Both the position numbers and the translations under genes were made by a program. From Camelus ferus (lineage: Eukaryota): a stretch of DNA of 64,000 nt. The number at the start of each line of letters is the position of its first letter. The stretch's first letter is position 1. The stretch is from contig NC_045708.1 in NCBI RefSeq assembly GCF_009834535.1, forward strand, positions 310,001-374,000, read 5' to 3'. The notes beneath the pieces were generated by a model. That model saw only the letters and a program-made list of their open reading frames with translations. It was not told where the DNA came from and made no database searches. Of the stretch, positions 1 through 12,507 are shown piece after piece.

Positions 1-3000
1 TAAGCCCCCAGCGTGTGGTGCTTCACCCCAGCAGCACCGGGGCCCTGGAGGCCACCTGCCTTGTGCCTCCCAACTCCAGGTGCTAGGCAGGCACCTTCCG
101 GGGCACCACAGATGCCTCAGCCACTGGCTGGGCCCAACCTTCCCCACCTCCCGGGAATCAGCACAGACCCTGTCATCTTGGGCAGGCCTGCAGTGTCCAG
201 CCCCTGGGCTGGGAGGACACGGCCTGCAGCAGCCACACACCAGGCCTTCCCACAGCCTGTCCCTCGGGCTGCCTCCATCCACCAGGTCTGGCCCTCGCCC
301 CCACCGGCTGGGTCCCAGCCCACGATCTGCAGGGTCTGACGGGGTGGCCAGCCGTCCTCTGGGGCCCCCACCTTCCCCCATACACCCTGTCCACACTGCG
401 AGACTGCTGACTTTCGCCATCCAGGGCCCCAGGGAGCATGCGGCAGGTGGCTGCAGGTAGACAAAAAGCAGGCCGGGTGCCAGCCCCCTACAGGGCCCCC
501 AGGGGAACTTCAGAGACCTTCACGTTCAAGGTTGCATTTAACTGTTCCTTTGTGCTTGCACTCTGGTTCCACGGTCTTGAAGAAGGCTTGGGCTGTTTTT
601 CTTCCTTATCAAGATGCTCTGGGCTGAGCTGAAATCCCTTTCCCATTGTGAGTCCAGGGAGCAGATGAAAGGCTACCTCCAGGCCTGGCAGGGGCCGGAG
701 CAAACAGGGGGCTCTTGAAGGATTGCGGTCCAACCCATGAGCCTCCTCGTTCCCGAGACCTTCCACTCCTGGGTCGCCCAGGGGGTCACCTTCCATCCCC
801 ACCTGGAGGGCCATCCTTACAGCCCCAGGAGCTGGAATGAGACCCTTCACCTGTCGCCTGGCCTCTGTGGGCACCCACCACAGCCAGCCTGGGGCCCCCT
901 CAGGCCCCACCCTCCTTTCACGCCATAGACCTGCTCACCACCCCTCCCCCTCCCCCATACCCTCCCCTGACCACTTTTCCTGGGGTGCCTGACCCCACGC
1001 ACCTGTGGATGGGGCTGCTGGCACCCCACCCACCCCATCACCCCCTTGCAGATCTCACAGCCTCCTGCCGAAGCCCAAGCACTACCTGCCACAGCCATGC
1101 TGCACCCAGGTGAACTTCCAGCCGCACTGACCACTTCAGAGGTCACCAAGAGCAAACAACCCGCCACCCCACGTGGACCCCAGGTCCCTCCTCTGCTGGG
1201 GGGGGTCTCTGGAATCCACCCCACCCTTCCTTCCCAATAACCCTGAGCTTCCCCTACTGTGGGGCCCACTGGAGGGTGGTGAGGGAGGCGGGGAGTGACC
1301 TGGAGCAGCCTCTTCTGTCTGCCTCCCTGCCAGCCAGCCTCAGGCCTCTGCTCAGGCCACAATGACCAGAGAGACCTCCAGCATGGCCTCAGTGGGCACC
1401 CTGTGGACCGTGGCTCCAGCACCCCACTCTGCCCAGGCCCCAGGTCTGGCCAAGTCACCACTGATGCAGCACAGCCCCTCCCAGCTCCTGGGGAGCCGGA
1501 AACAAGATGTGGGAAAAGAGTGACATCAGGAAAGATTAGCAGTTCCTAAGAGGCTGGGGCAGGGCACCCCAGGGCCCCTCAGACCTGGGCCAGGGAGACC
1601 TGTCCTGGGAGGCTCTACGCTGGTCAACAGGCCCAGTGGCCCACGTCAGAAGACAGCCAAGGTGCGGCTCCCTGTCCAGACACCAGCAGGCTCCCAGAGG
1701 GTCCACCCAGCCCCACCTGACTGGCGGGATCTGCCTGAGCTGCTCCCAGGAGACCCAGTCTTGGCTGGGTGGAGGTGAATTGGGGGCATGTGGGGACCCA
1801 GGGGGTGATGAGGGTCAAGCGTCTCTGCAGAGGGGTCTCCACTGCAGCCCGGAGATGACAGCCACCCCAGAGCACACCCCCAGCCCTGGGAAGGGGGCTC
1901 CAGTAGCCAGGTGGGCAGCTGGACGTGGAACCTGGAGAGGCCTGGGCAGTGGGGGCAAGGGGGTTAGCAGGTGGCAGCCGCTGGCCTGGCCACTCGGCAG
2001 GACATCAGGGGCCCTCCACCCACACCTGTGCCCTGGGCTCACAGGCAGTGCCCCATCGCCCCTAGCCCGAGGTCCCTGCACTTTCCCTGCCCACAGCCCC
2101 AGGGTCTCTGCTGCCGGACAGCGAGGTCCATGAGGCAGGGGTCTGCCGACTGTGGTGCTGGTGATGCTGAAGACTAGGGAGGAGCCAGGAGCCAGAGGGC
2201 AGCCATGGGAGCCTGGGCAGTGGTCAACTTCGTCCCGTAAAGTGAGCCTCACAGGCAACAGCTGAACCTCCAGGGCCCTGCTGGAGGGACAGGAGACCAG
2301 GGAGGGCCCTCGTCCAGCTCCCGCCTCTCGCTGACCCAGCCCGGTGACCCGAGCAGAAGGAAATCCAAGCCCCAGCCCCTGCCTCCAGTGGCGTCTGAGG
2401 GTCTCGGCAGCCTGGCCCCTGAGGTGCCCCTGTACCCCCTGCCACGGCCGCCCGAACCTGACCCCACACCAAGAGGGACGGATGGATGACCAGAGCCAGG
2501 CTCGAGCCCCAGCACGCGGTGACGGGAGTCCTTGCATCTGGCCCTCAGACCGTGTCCCCAGACGGACCCCCAGCCCGCCCCTCCAGCCCCAGAGGAGGGG
2601 TCGGGCAGCCTCCACGGTGAAGGTCTGGAGGAGTCTCTCGGGTCTGGCCTTGCTGCGGCTGTGGCTGCAGCCTGGTGTGGGCGGTGAGGGGCTGAGTGGC
2701 TGCTTCTGGAGACGCTTCTCTTCTGAGATGGAGATCCGCCCTCGGACACCCCTTCCTGTTCAGTCCTGTTCTCACACACCCCTGGCTCCCGGAGGGGCTG
2801 CATTGCAGGCACAGGTGGCGGGCTTTCCTGCCCTTGCCACCGCCCCAGGTGTGTGTGACAGGCCAGCTGTTGCACAACTGGTGTTTTCGCCCCAGAGGAA
2901 CCTGTGAGTCACTGCCCCAGAGCAGGGCTGCACCCCAAGTGCTCCCAAACAAAGGCACTTTGTACCCAGGCCCCCACCCCAGGTCAGGCCTGCCTGCGCA

Positions 3001-6000
3001 CACCATCAGACACACAGGTGGGCAGACGTGCTGATGGCGGCGGCAGGCTCGGGCGTGGGTCAGGGGTGTGTCCCCAGCACCCAGACATGCTTCCCAGCCT
3101 GTCTCGACCCAGCTCCAGGGGCTGGGCTTTGGGGGACCCCAGGCTGCTGGAGACCTCAGCTCCCAGGTCAGCTCAGGTACCCCAGGCTGGAGATCTAGCA
3201 CCTGGATGACCTGGGGCAGGGCCTGCAGCAGCCTGAATGCGGAGCCCAGAGGGCTCACTGGCCAAGCCTGGTCAGTGAGTGAGGGCTCCGGGACACAGCC
3301 AGGTCCTAGGTCAGAGCTCTGCATGCAGTCTGGAGGCCTGGGAGGAGTGAGGCTCCCTGCTGCCCCCAAGGAGCTTCCCAGGACAGGGGGTGGGAGCCCC
3401 CCTCGCCGCTGCCATCACCCATCACTGTGAGTCCGGCTCCTAGCCCCGGGCAGCAGCACCTCCCCACCCTAGGATCCAGGGTTTTGTGGCCACCAGTGCA
3501 GCTGTCCAACACGACAGCCTCCCCAGCTGGACCAACACCAGTGGGTCTCCCCATTGCCAAGGACCCTGACCACAGCCGTTCCTGGGCCTGGAAGTCTGCT
3601 CTGGGTTTGCTCCTGAGGGGCCTGGTGATTCCAGCTCAGCAAAGAAAGCCTTGGCCCCAGGGCAGAGGTAGAGGACACACAGAAACTCCACCCAAACACG
3701 TCACACAGACAGCCGGGACCATTCGTGCAGCTCTGTTCAGACCCCACGTCAGAGACAGTCCCCATCACAGCCACCACTAGGTCACTGGGAGTCAGCACAG
3801 GGACAGGTGCACGTCCCCCCAGAGGACATGTCCACCCAGGCCCCCTACATGCCCACACCCTCCAGCCACTCTCGGTCCTTGGCCCAGTTCACAGGAGCCA
3901 GGACATCCGGTCTGGCTGAGGATAGGAAGAGGCAGCCCAAGGGGCCCTGGGAGCAGACCCACCCTCACCCCAGGCCCACCTGGAGGGGTGAAGTCAGACC
4001 CAGAGCCAGGCCCCAGCCGCAAAGGGCCAGCGTGTCCTGGCTGCACCCTGAGGTCCACACCCTCCCAGGTGTCTCAGCCCAGGCCAGGTGGCCATCTCTT
4101 CTGCAAGCCTCATCCCCTACCCTGTCCCTTCTGCAGCCCCCAGAGAGGACCATGAGGTTCCTGTCCACCCCTGTCCCTCCTGGCTCCTGCCACAACCCAG
4201 GTGGGGCCAGTCTGCCAAGCCTGAGAGGACTTTGCCACTGTCCTCAGGCAGACACCCCCATTCCTGCCTGCTCTCAAACAGGACAGCACACTGAGGGCGC
4301 CGGGGGGACGGGGGTGCAGGGGGCAGGCTCCGACCCAACTCGGAGTCACGGCCACTCCCAGCAGGCCAAGGCCCGCCTCAGCCTCGGGGCCAGGACGGAG
4401 GTCAGGTGCGGCCAGGCTGCAGTCCCAGGACCAGGACTTGGGAAGCCAGGGCTGGAGGGAGCCAGAGGAAACCCTCCCGGGAGCCCCCTGCACTGCGAGT
4501 CCCCAGCCCCAGCGGCAGGCAGAAGGGTCCGCTGGAGGTTCTGGAAAGTGAGCGTTAGAAGGGCAGGCGAGGTCAGCCCGGCACCTCTCACTGCTCCAGT
4601 GTGGGACTTGGGGACAGGGCTCAAGCTGAGGCCGTCCAGCACTGCACCGGCCGCCCTGAATCCCAGCTCCCAAACCAGAGAGGCCAGGCCAGGGAAAGAG
4701 CCTGGTCCCCAGGCCCCCCATCCCCGGAACCTTCACTGAGCCCCCTGCCTTGAGCAGCAACAGCTCCTGCAAACCACCCACAGAACCCTCTGCTCAGGCT
4801 GGGTGACTGTGACCACAGGGCCCAGGGCCCTTTAGGGGTACTGCAGACCCTGGGAGCTGAACAAGCACTGAAGCTTGGGTCAGTCTCCAGGAGATGGTGG
4901 GGCTGAGAAAATGATGCAGTTGGGGCCAGGGAGTGGCCTTTGAGGGGCTTCACCCTGCACTTGGCCCCTTGTCCGCACTGGGAGCCCAGCCTGTGTCCTT
5001 GAGGGCCAGTCTGGGCCTGGGGCCTAAACCCCAGGCCACTCCAGTTCACTCCCCGACCCTCCTAGAGCAGCCACTGCTGCCTATCCCGGCCCCCCATTTC
5101 TTTGCTCCTGCACCCCCAGCCCAGGGGCTCAGTTGGAAACTGCACATTCCAGGGAATTACAGCTAAGTGGCTAATGACCTCCGATTAGGGGGCAGAAACA
5201 GGGACAAAAGTGAGACAGACCAGGTGGTGGGGGGCAGTGGAGCCAGGGTGTCGGGGCAGCCCCCTCCCCACCCGCCACCCACCCCCTCCCAGCCTGGCCA
5301 CCTGCCTGCGGGAGCTCTGGGGCGGCCGGCTTACCCTTCCGCTCCTCATCTCTCGTTTCCTCATCTCCTGCCTCCCTACCGGCGCTCTCACAGGGCCCAG
5401 GTCCCGATCTCTGTCATCACAGCCCCTGCAGCAGGTCTCTGGGCTGGCTGGGGTGGGGACACTGGCTGGTGTTGAAGGACCATCAGGAGAGCCCCCGGGT
5501 GCAGCGAGGCCCCAGGCTGGGCGCTGGCCACCAACCCTCAGCATCCCAGTGACTGCACCTGGGTAGTCCCACCAATGCACAGCCTCTGTTTCCCCACGTA
5601 AGTGGGTGGGGAACACTCACTGGTGCTTGCGGCCAAGCTGGACTCTGGACAGCAGCCCCTGGAGGCCTAGGCTCCCACAGCCCCACACAGGACCATGTAA
5701 TGGGAAGCAGGGGGCAGTGACCTCGTCCCAAGCCTCTGCCTTCACTGCGTGCCGCTCCCCCCACCCCCAGCCTCCCAACAGCGACCCCAGTGTGGCATTC
5801 ACGCCTCACCCTTGCAGGCGGCTGGAACATTCCACTCAAACTTGGCCGGCGCCTGCAGCCACTGTGAAGCAGAGAACTGCCAACTGCCCCCAGGCCCCTC
5901 AGCCCCTGCTGCCACCCCGGGAGGACCAGGGAGAGAGTTGGGGACGGGTCAGCGGCCAAGCCCGCTGCTGCATGGACTGGCGCCCGCCTGGCACCAGCGT

Positions 6001-7033
6001 CTTCCTGCCTCATTACCCAGCCGGCTGCAGGGAGAGTCCCAGGGGAGTGGCTGGGTAACGGCCCTCAGGTTCCAGCCTCCACCTGCCTTACTTCCCACCC
6101 CTGCCCCTGAGCCTGCAGACCCTGGAGCCCCTGCCCTTCCCTGCTCAGCCTTGGAAATGGGTCTCCAGACTCTGCTGAGCCCCATCCCCCAGGTGTGTGT
6201 GAAGGGGTCAGGGGCCTGGCCTCCGCTCTCCAGGTGAGACCACCTGCCCAGGGCCCAGGTGCCAACCAGAGATGGTATCTTGGCCACTCTGTAGAGACCC
6301 TGACATCCCAAGACCAGTTTACATTCTTTGGTCTGGGTTTGCCAGGGGCCACAAGAGGTGGGGGCAGGGGCCCGAATCCACATGACCCGCAGGCAGGGCC
6401 TTAGAGGCCCATCTGGGCAGCTCTGATCCTGTCTTTGGGTCAAGGAGAAAGTGGCGAGAAGTAAGTTTCCTATGGGGTAACCAGGGAGACGAGAGCCCGC
6501 TGGACCACCCCCAGCTCCCCGCCACACATGCCGAGCTCTGCGCCCCTAGGCCGCAGGGACGCCCTCCAGGTGTACACATGGTGCAGGTGGCCCGCGTGCA
6601 CGTCCTCTCCCCACCTGCCCCACAGGACTGGACCCTCTTGGGGGCAGCCTGCCTCATAGCACAGCACATAGCATCTGGCCACTGTCCTGTGGGTGAAACA
6701 TAGGTTGCTGCCCCCCAAGGCTGGACCAGCCTTGGAATAGCGGAGGGGAGGTCCCAGGCCGTGGGCAGGGCTGAGCAGGGGCCTGGATAGACATCTGTTT
6801 TTGTCCACAGAGTAAACATGGCCCACAGCAGGTGCAGGGGCCATGGGGGCTGCACCTGGGCTGCCAGGGTGCTCAGCTGGAACCTCTGCCTTCAGGGCAA
6901 AGCCCAGAGCCACACTGTGGCCCAAGGAGTGTCCTGAGGTCGGGTCCCTCCATGGCACACTTCGGCCCCTGCCATCTCCCCAGCTGCCCCCATGATGATA
7001 CAGTGACCAGGCGACAGGTAGGGCTGGGGGCTC

Positions 7034-7039
7034 TTTATT
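7034..7039 (-). terminator. AATAAA polyadenylation signal of C1QTNF12
   Basis: TTTATT on + strand at 7034-7039, about 75 nt downstream of the C1QTNF12 stop codon on the minus strand. Confidence 0.8.
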
Positions 7040-7113
7040 GCGATGACCACAGGTCTACCAGAGGGCAATGTGGTGGGCGGCAGAGCAGCTCCCCTGCGGC
7101 CCTGTCAGTGTCC

Positions 7114-10100
7114 TCACGTGCCCACGAGCAGGCCGGAGAAGCTGGAACCACTCTGGATGGTGAGGGCCAGCCCGGAGCCGTTGTCCATGAAGACAGAGGC
7201 ATACTGTCCAGCCTGTAGATACCCCACAGTGGACGTCACCACCCTCAGGGCCCCGCCAGGCAGCATCCGCCCCAAGCCATGCGGGGCCCAGGGGTCCTCA
7301 GTGGCCACAGGGCCAATGTCTATCCACTTGCTGGGCTGGGTAGTGCCCAGGCTGAGGCTGAAGGCTCAGGACCCCTCCTGCCCCATTGGCCCCTGGCCTC
7401 ACCTGCAGCTGCAGCAGCCCCTGCACGTGAACCGTGAAGACCCGGCCACTGCTCTCCAGGCCAGAGATGGCCTCCAGGGACCTGGACATGGTGCAGCAGG
7501 GGGAGGAGGAGGGCATAGTGGCTGTGGGGCTGGGACACCCCCACGCCGGTGCCCAGAGACCCGGGTGGTCCCACCCCAGTGCTCAACACAGTCCTCTGTG
7601 TTTGGGGCAGCCCTGCACCCTCCATGGGCAAGACGGTCCCCTGCCCCCTCAAGATGTCCCCTGCGACCCCCACGAGGGCCCACTCACGTGTGGCGATGGC
7701 ACAGGGACTCGATGCAGACCAGCACCCGCACCGTGTCCCGGGCCCGCAGCCGTGCCCTGCCCTGCAGCTCTCTGCAGTCTGCGGAGACAGGACTGTCTGC
7801 AGCGCCCTTGGGAAGGATGGAGCAGAGGGCACGGGGGGGGAGCTGGGGGGCTTTGGGGCAGGTTGGGGAGGCTGGGGTGGAGACTCGTCCAGGCCCCCAG
7901 TGGAGGTGGGGTGGAAGCAGGAGGCATCTCTACAATAGGACCCAGGCCTGGGGCCCTGAGAGCCAGTCCCCACCCGCCACATGGGCGCACCCTGGCCTGG
8001 CCCCACTCACCCACGTGCAGGCTGGCAGAGAACTGGAAGATGGCAGTCACTGGGGCTGTGAACCGACCAGAGGCCAGGCTCAGGCCTGACCCCCGCAGGA
8101 AGGCGCCCTGGGCAGCGGGCTGGAGGAAGCAGGGAAGAGCAGGCTGCGGAGACAACTTGCACACCCAGCCTGGGGGAGGGCTTGTGGCCAACAGCCCCAA
8201 CCCAGCAGGCCCCACCTGGGCAGGATGGAGGAGTGACCTGTGCATGGGATGTAGGCCCCAAGAGCCCCCCCACCCCCACCCAGGGAGGGTATCCCTGCCT
8301 CCAGGCCACCTCAGACCCCACCCCAAGTCTTGGCACTGCATGCATATGTCTGGGGGCCGCCTTGTGGTAGCTGCGGGCCCTGCTGACCTGTGGGGGCCCA
8401 GCCAGGATGCTGTCCCCAAGCTGACCGCTGTTGGTCATGAGTGTGCGCAGGGGATGCCCCTGGAGGCAACCAGGGCTTGCTTGGCCCCTCGGCCCCCACC
8501 CAGGCCCACCCCCAGTACCCACTCACGGCCTGGAAGCCCTGCAGCTCCACCAGCGTCTTCGCGTCCACCAGCACCGGGCCCTTCAACCGACAGTGGAAGG
8601 CCTCGGCCACCAGCCATCTGCCCATCCCCTCGGGCAGCAAGGGGTCCAGCAGCCCCGAGAACCGACGCTCAGTTGCATCTGTGGGGGCAGCTCGGGGTCA
8701 GCATGGGATCACCTCCAGAGTGACCTCCTGACCTCTGGGAGGAGAGGGGGTGGGGGTGGCCCACCTTTCAGCATCTCCCGGAACTCCCGCAGCACAGCCT
8801 CCTGGGTGACTTCTCCGCCAGGGGGGTCCAGGGGGTCCCGGGGGCCCAGGAGGCCCTGGGGGGCCAGAGAGGCCTCGCTGTGAGGAGGCAGGAGAAAATG
8901 AGGATCCTGATGGGACCCAGAGCCACCTGTCCCAGGCTCAGACCCCAGGGCTCACCGACGTCTTGTCCCGGCCTCGGCACCGTCTCTTTGCAGCCCCGTC
9001 ATCTGGGCGCCGGACAAAGTTTAGCCATGTCATGTGGGCATCTGTGAACTGAGGCCCTGAGGCCTCAGGCAACTGAAGAGGGGGACAGGGCTAGTGTGTT
9101 GACCACCAGGCCCCGCTGGGTCCTGCCCCACTGCCCCCTGCAGAGATTGGGGAATCTCAGGGCCCAGGAGCCCCAGGCAGGACTCGGCACCCACAAGGAA
9201 TATGGCTACAGGGCACTGCTGGCCATGCCGGGGACGCAGGCCAGATCCTGATGTTGAGGACCTCGGGTCTGGTTCTGTGCAGGAGCAACCTCAGCCTCTC
9301 CTGCTGCGCCCTGTTTCCGAGCAGACGGGCACACACGTGGACACATGGGGCTGAGGCAGGCAGTGGTGGGCAGGGGCAAGTTTTCTAGGGGCCTTCCCTG
9401 GAGCTCCAGAGCCACATTGGTCCAGGGAGGAATGGGCACAGGCCCTACTCTGTGCTGAGCACTGAGTGTGCAAGCTGGCAGCCTTGGCACGCCAGCTGGC
9501 CCTGCTCCTCAGCCTCGGACCCTGGCCACCTTGCTGTTGGAGCAGGGGCCGAGAAGGGCATGGCCAAGCTGACCTGAGACATGGCCCAGCCCTCCAATCA
9601 TGCCTTCTAAGCCCTGTTTCTGCACCAGGACCACGGGAGAGGCAGGAGCACCCCACACCCAAAGTCAGAGGAGGAGACAGCATGCTAAGTAAGGGGGCAT
9701 GAGCCCGGCCTGCACGCCAAGCTCAAACAGGAAGTCCACGAAATGACCAGGAGCATAGCAGACACTGGCCTGGCAGGAGACAGCCACTGCCACAAGGCCA
9801 CGCTGGAGTGCCCTCCAGGCAGGGCAAGCCAAGGGGTCCTGGCCCAGGTCCAGTCCAGTGGCCAGTCCTCAGCCCCAAACACAACAAAGAGCTGGCTCCT
9901 GGGCAGGCTAAGGTTCCTTCCCAGCAAACCAGACAGGCCTTTACTCTGGAGGGCTCGGGGGGCAGGGGGGTGGGAGCACCTCCCACCCTGACCTAGGCCC
10001 CACCGGGGAAGGGAGAGGAGCCAAGAGCTTTCGAATGTTCCGGCCCTCGCACCGCTGCTGTCTGCCTGTTCCTCTGGCCGCCACCGACCCTAGCCACGTC

Positions 10101-11289
10101 TGAGGGCCCAGGGGGCAGGTGGAGGAGGAGCCACCCACAACAGGAAGGGCAGGAGTCCAGAAGTCTGGGGCAGGCCATCCTGGGTGAGTGCCGCATGGCC
10201 TGTGACAGCCCCCACGGAGGCCCCTCCTGGACAGAGGTCCACCTGTTTGCCACAGGGCAGGGGAACGGGGTGCCGGCAGGGTGGAAACTGCCACCAAGGA
10301 CCCCTCCCCTGGGAGACTGGCAGGGATTGCCTAAGACCTTCCATGCCTGCCCCCAAACCAGCTGGCCACCCACCCTTCCCTGCCTGCAGGGCCCGAGGAC
10401 TCACTCTCCTCAGCCTGCCCATCTGGAAAACAGGGCCTCGGGCTCCAGCGGGCCGCGTGGGCTGAGAGCAGCCGGGCTGGCCGCCACGGAGACGCCCTTG
10501 GGAGGCAGGAGCCCAGGATCAAAGGCTCGGGGGCTGGCAGGGGGCCTGGTTCCACTCGTAGTCCAGCAACCGGCAGGCCTGTGCTGCTGCGGTCAGCTCC
10601 AGGACCCCTCAGGCGATCCCCAGCCCAAGAGTGTGGAGACCTAGGGCTCAGTTTCCTCTCAGAGGGGACCCCAGGGGCAGGCTGAAACTGGAGGACTCTC
10701 AGGCCTGGAGCACATCCCCTGCCAGAGGCCATAGTGGGTGCTGGCTACCCAGCAGGGGGTCAGGGCAGGGACCTCCAGGAAGCACAGGGTCCCAGGACCC
10801 CGGGCCTCCCCTGGCGGCAGCAGCAGCGGCGGGAGTGGTGGGGCACCCAGGCTCCAGCGGGGGTCTGAGCCAGCTGCCTGGGGCTCCTCCCCGAGTGCCA
10901 TTACACCTAATGGCAGCAGGTTGCTCGGGGCTTCGAAGGGTTCAGGGTAGCCCGGCTGAGAAGCCCCTCTGCTCCCTCAGCCCCTCCCTAGGCCCTGCTG
11001 CTGTGGTTCCTGCCCAAAGCCCCACCCCACACAGACAGGGAGGAAGGCCCAGAGAGGAGAGCCCCGCGGGCACAGCCTGCTGGGGGAGGATGGTGCCCAC
11101 GTGCGCCTGGACCGCGCATACCTTGGGGAAGCCTGGTAGCCCCTCGCTGCTGGACGTGGTGGCGTTGGGGGACACCGGGCGCTGGCCAGGCTGCCGCAGC
11201 CTCTTGGGCTCCCGCCGTGCCCCGACGACCCTGAGGAGCTCGAGCTGCGACCAGAGGAGGGCCATGGCGGCGGCCCAAGCCCAGCGCAT
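7114..11289 (-). CDS. C1QTNF12: C1q/TNF-related protein 12 (adipolin, FAM132A), 8 coding exons; apparent +1 frameshift in exon 3
   Basis: Exons, all GT-AG: 11122-11289 ([13 protein letters not shown] signal peptide), 8956-9072 ([16 protein letters not shown]), 8765-8877 (GPP repeats, [16 protein letters not shown]), 8527-8678 (AFHCRLKGP), 8011-8119 ([19 protein letters not shown]), 7688-7778, 7403-7481, 7114-7212 ([14 protein letters not shown]...SFSGLLVGT*). Summed length 928 nt = 309 codons + 1; the extra base is in the G6 run at 8821-8826. Identity from recalled human CTRP12 sequence and synteny. Confidence 0.95.
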
Positions 11290-11560
11290 GTTGATTGGCA
11301 GCTTTGGACCCTGGCGGCCGTGCAGCGCCGTGAGCCCAGGCGCCGGGACGCACTCAGAGCCCCAGCATAGGGGCGCAGCCCCGGGGGACACCTGGCCGCC
11401 ACAGGTGCATGTCTGCGCAGGACGAGTGGGGGCTGCCTCACAAGGCCGTAGGATGCACTCCCGTCTCGTCCCTGCAGGCTCTGCCGATCTCCCCTCTCTC
11501 TCCTCGCGAGCAGTGCCCTTGCTGCCCTTGCGGCCGCCAAATAAACCCTCCCCTCCTCCC
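11130..11560. promoter_or_regulatory. CpG-enriched first exon/promoter region of C1QTNF12
   Basis: Visibly higher CpG density than flanking DNA around the start codon at 11289. Boundaries estimated by eye. Confidence 0.45.
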
Positions 11561-12501
11561 CAAAGCTGGCGGGCTCCAAGGGGGAGGGCTCACGTGGGAT
11601 GATCCTCAGCCTCTTGGGGCTCCCAGGCCAGCCCAGGGGCGTGGATGGGGGCGGAACCCCTGCTGACCACCCGCCTCCCACTTCCACTGCCTGAGGGGAG
11701 GGGCTGTGCCTCCCCAGACCCCCTACCCTGCCCCTTCAGGATGGGGATGCAACCCACCAAGACCCACGGGTGAGGAGACCCCAGCCACAAGCCACGCCCA
11801 CGGTTGGCAGCTAAGGGCTGGGGCACCCCAGAGATGAGCCAGGTGGGGACCATATGAGTACCATCCCCCCAAGAACACGTATCCTCCCTCCTGGCTCAGG
11901 TAGAGGTGGCCACCTCCAAGGACAACAGTGGCCAGTCCCAGGGAATCCTGAGCTCATTCTTAAAGTCTCAGCTCCTGCAAGTGTCTGGCAGGCAAGTCTG
12001 CGCCTTCAGGTCACGTTGCGGAAGACCCCTCTGTGCCCCACCGGGCTGGAACCCTCGACGTGACCTGCATCCTGGTGGCCTGAGTGTGTCGCTGGCAATG
12101 CGCAGCCGTGACAGGCAGCCTGTGGACACTGCAGCTGTGCCAGCCTCCTGTGGGGTCCTAGGAGACCAACAGCAGGGGTTGGTCCTCCGGGACCCTGCAC
12201 CACCCCAGCGGGTGCTGGACCACCCAGATAACAACCAAAGGGAGCCTCTAAAGTCATCCACACCTTCCGGCCACAGCCACCAACTGCCCCACGGAGGAAA
12301 GGCTCAGGACAGCTGCAGGTCCTCCTCACCCACCCGGCCCGGAAACCGAGACCCTGACACCCTGACTCCCGGAGGAGGAGGGGATATTGTAGCCCCCAGC
12401 CCAGCCCCCACCCACTCCCTGCACCCAGGAGCGGACGAAGCCTCAAACCTGGGCCTGGGGGACTTCTAGGGGAGAGACACAGGCCCAACGGGACAAGATC
12501 T

Positions 12502-12507
12502 TTTATT
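12502..12507 (-). terminator. Probable distal AATAAA polyadenylation signal of UBE2J2 (3'UTR about 1.7 kb)
   Basis: TTTATT on + strand at the point where AT-rich UTR-like sequence (12500-14200) gives way to GC-rich intergenic DNA. Confidence 0.55.

Noticed and set aside
3807-4739. 310-aa plus-strand ORF
   Set aside because: Pro/Gly/Ala/Arg-rich with no recognisable domain and overlapping ORFs in several frames, typical of GC-rich noise.
7434-8723. 429-aa and 348-aa plus-strand ORFs
   Set aside because: Antisense shadows over C1QTNF12 exons and GC-rich introns; no recognisable protein features.
8679-8764. Rescue of the C1QTNF12 frameshift by intron 3 retention or the cryptic acceptor at 8735
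   Set aside because: Retention would restore the frame length but contains an in-frame TGA. The cryptic acceptor would leave a 30-nt intron, too short to splice.
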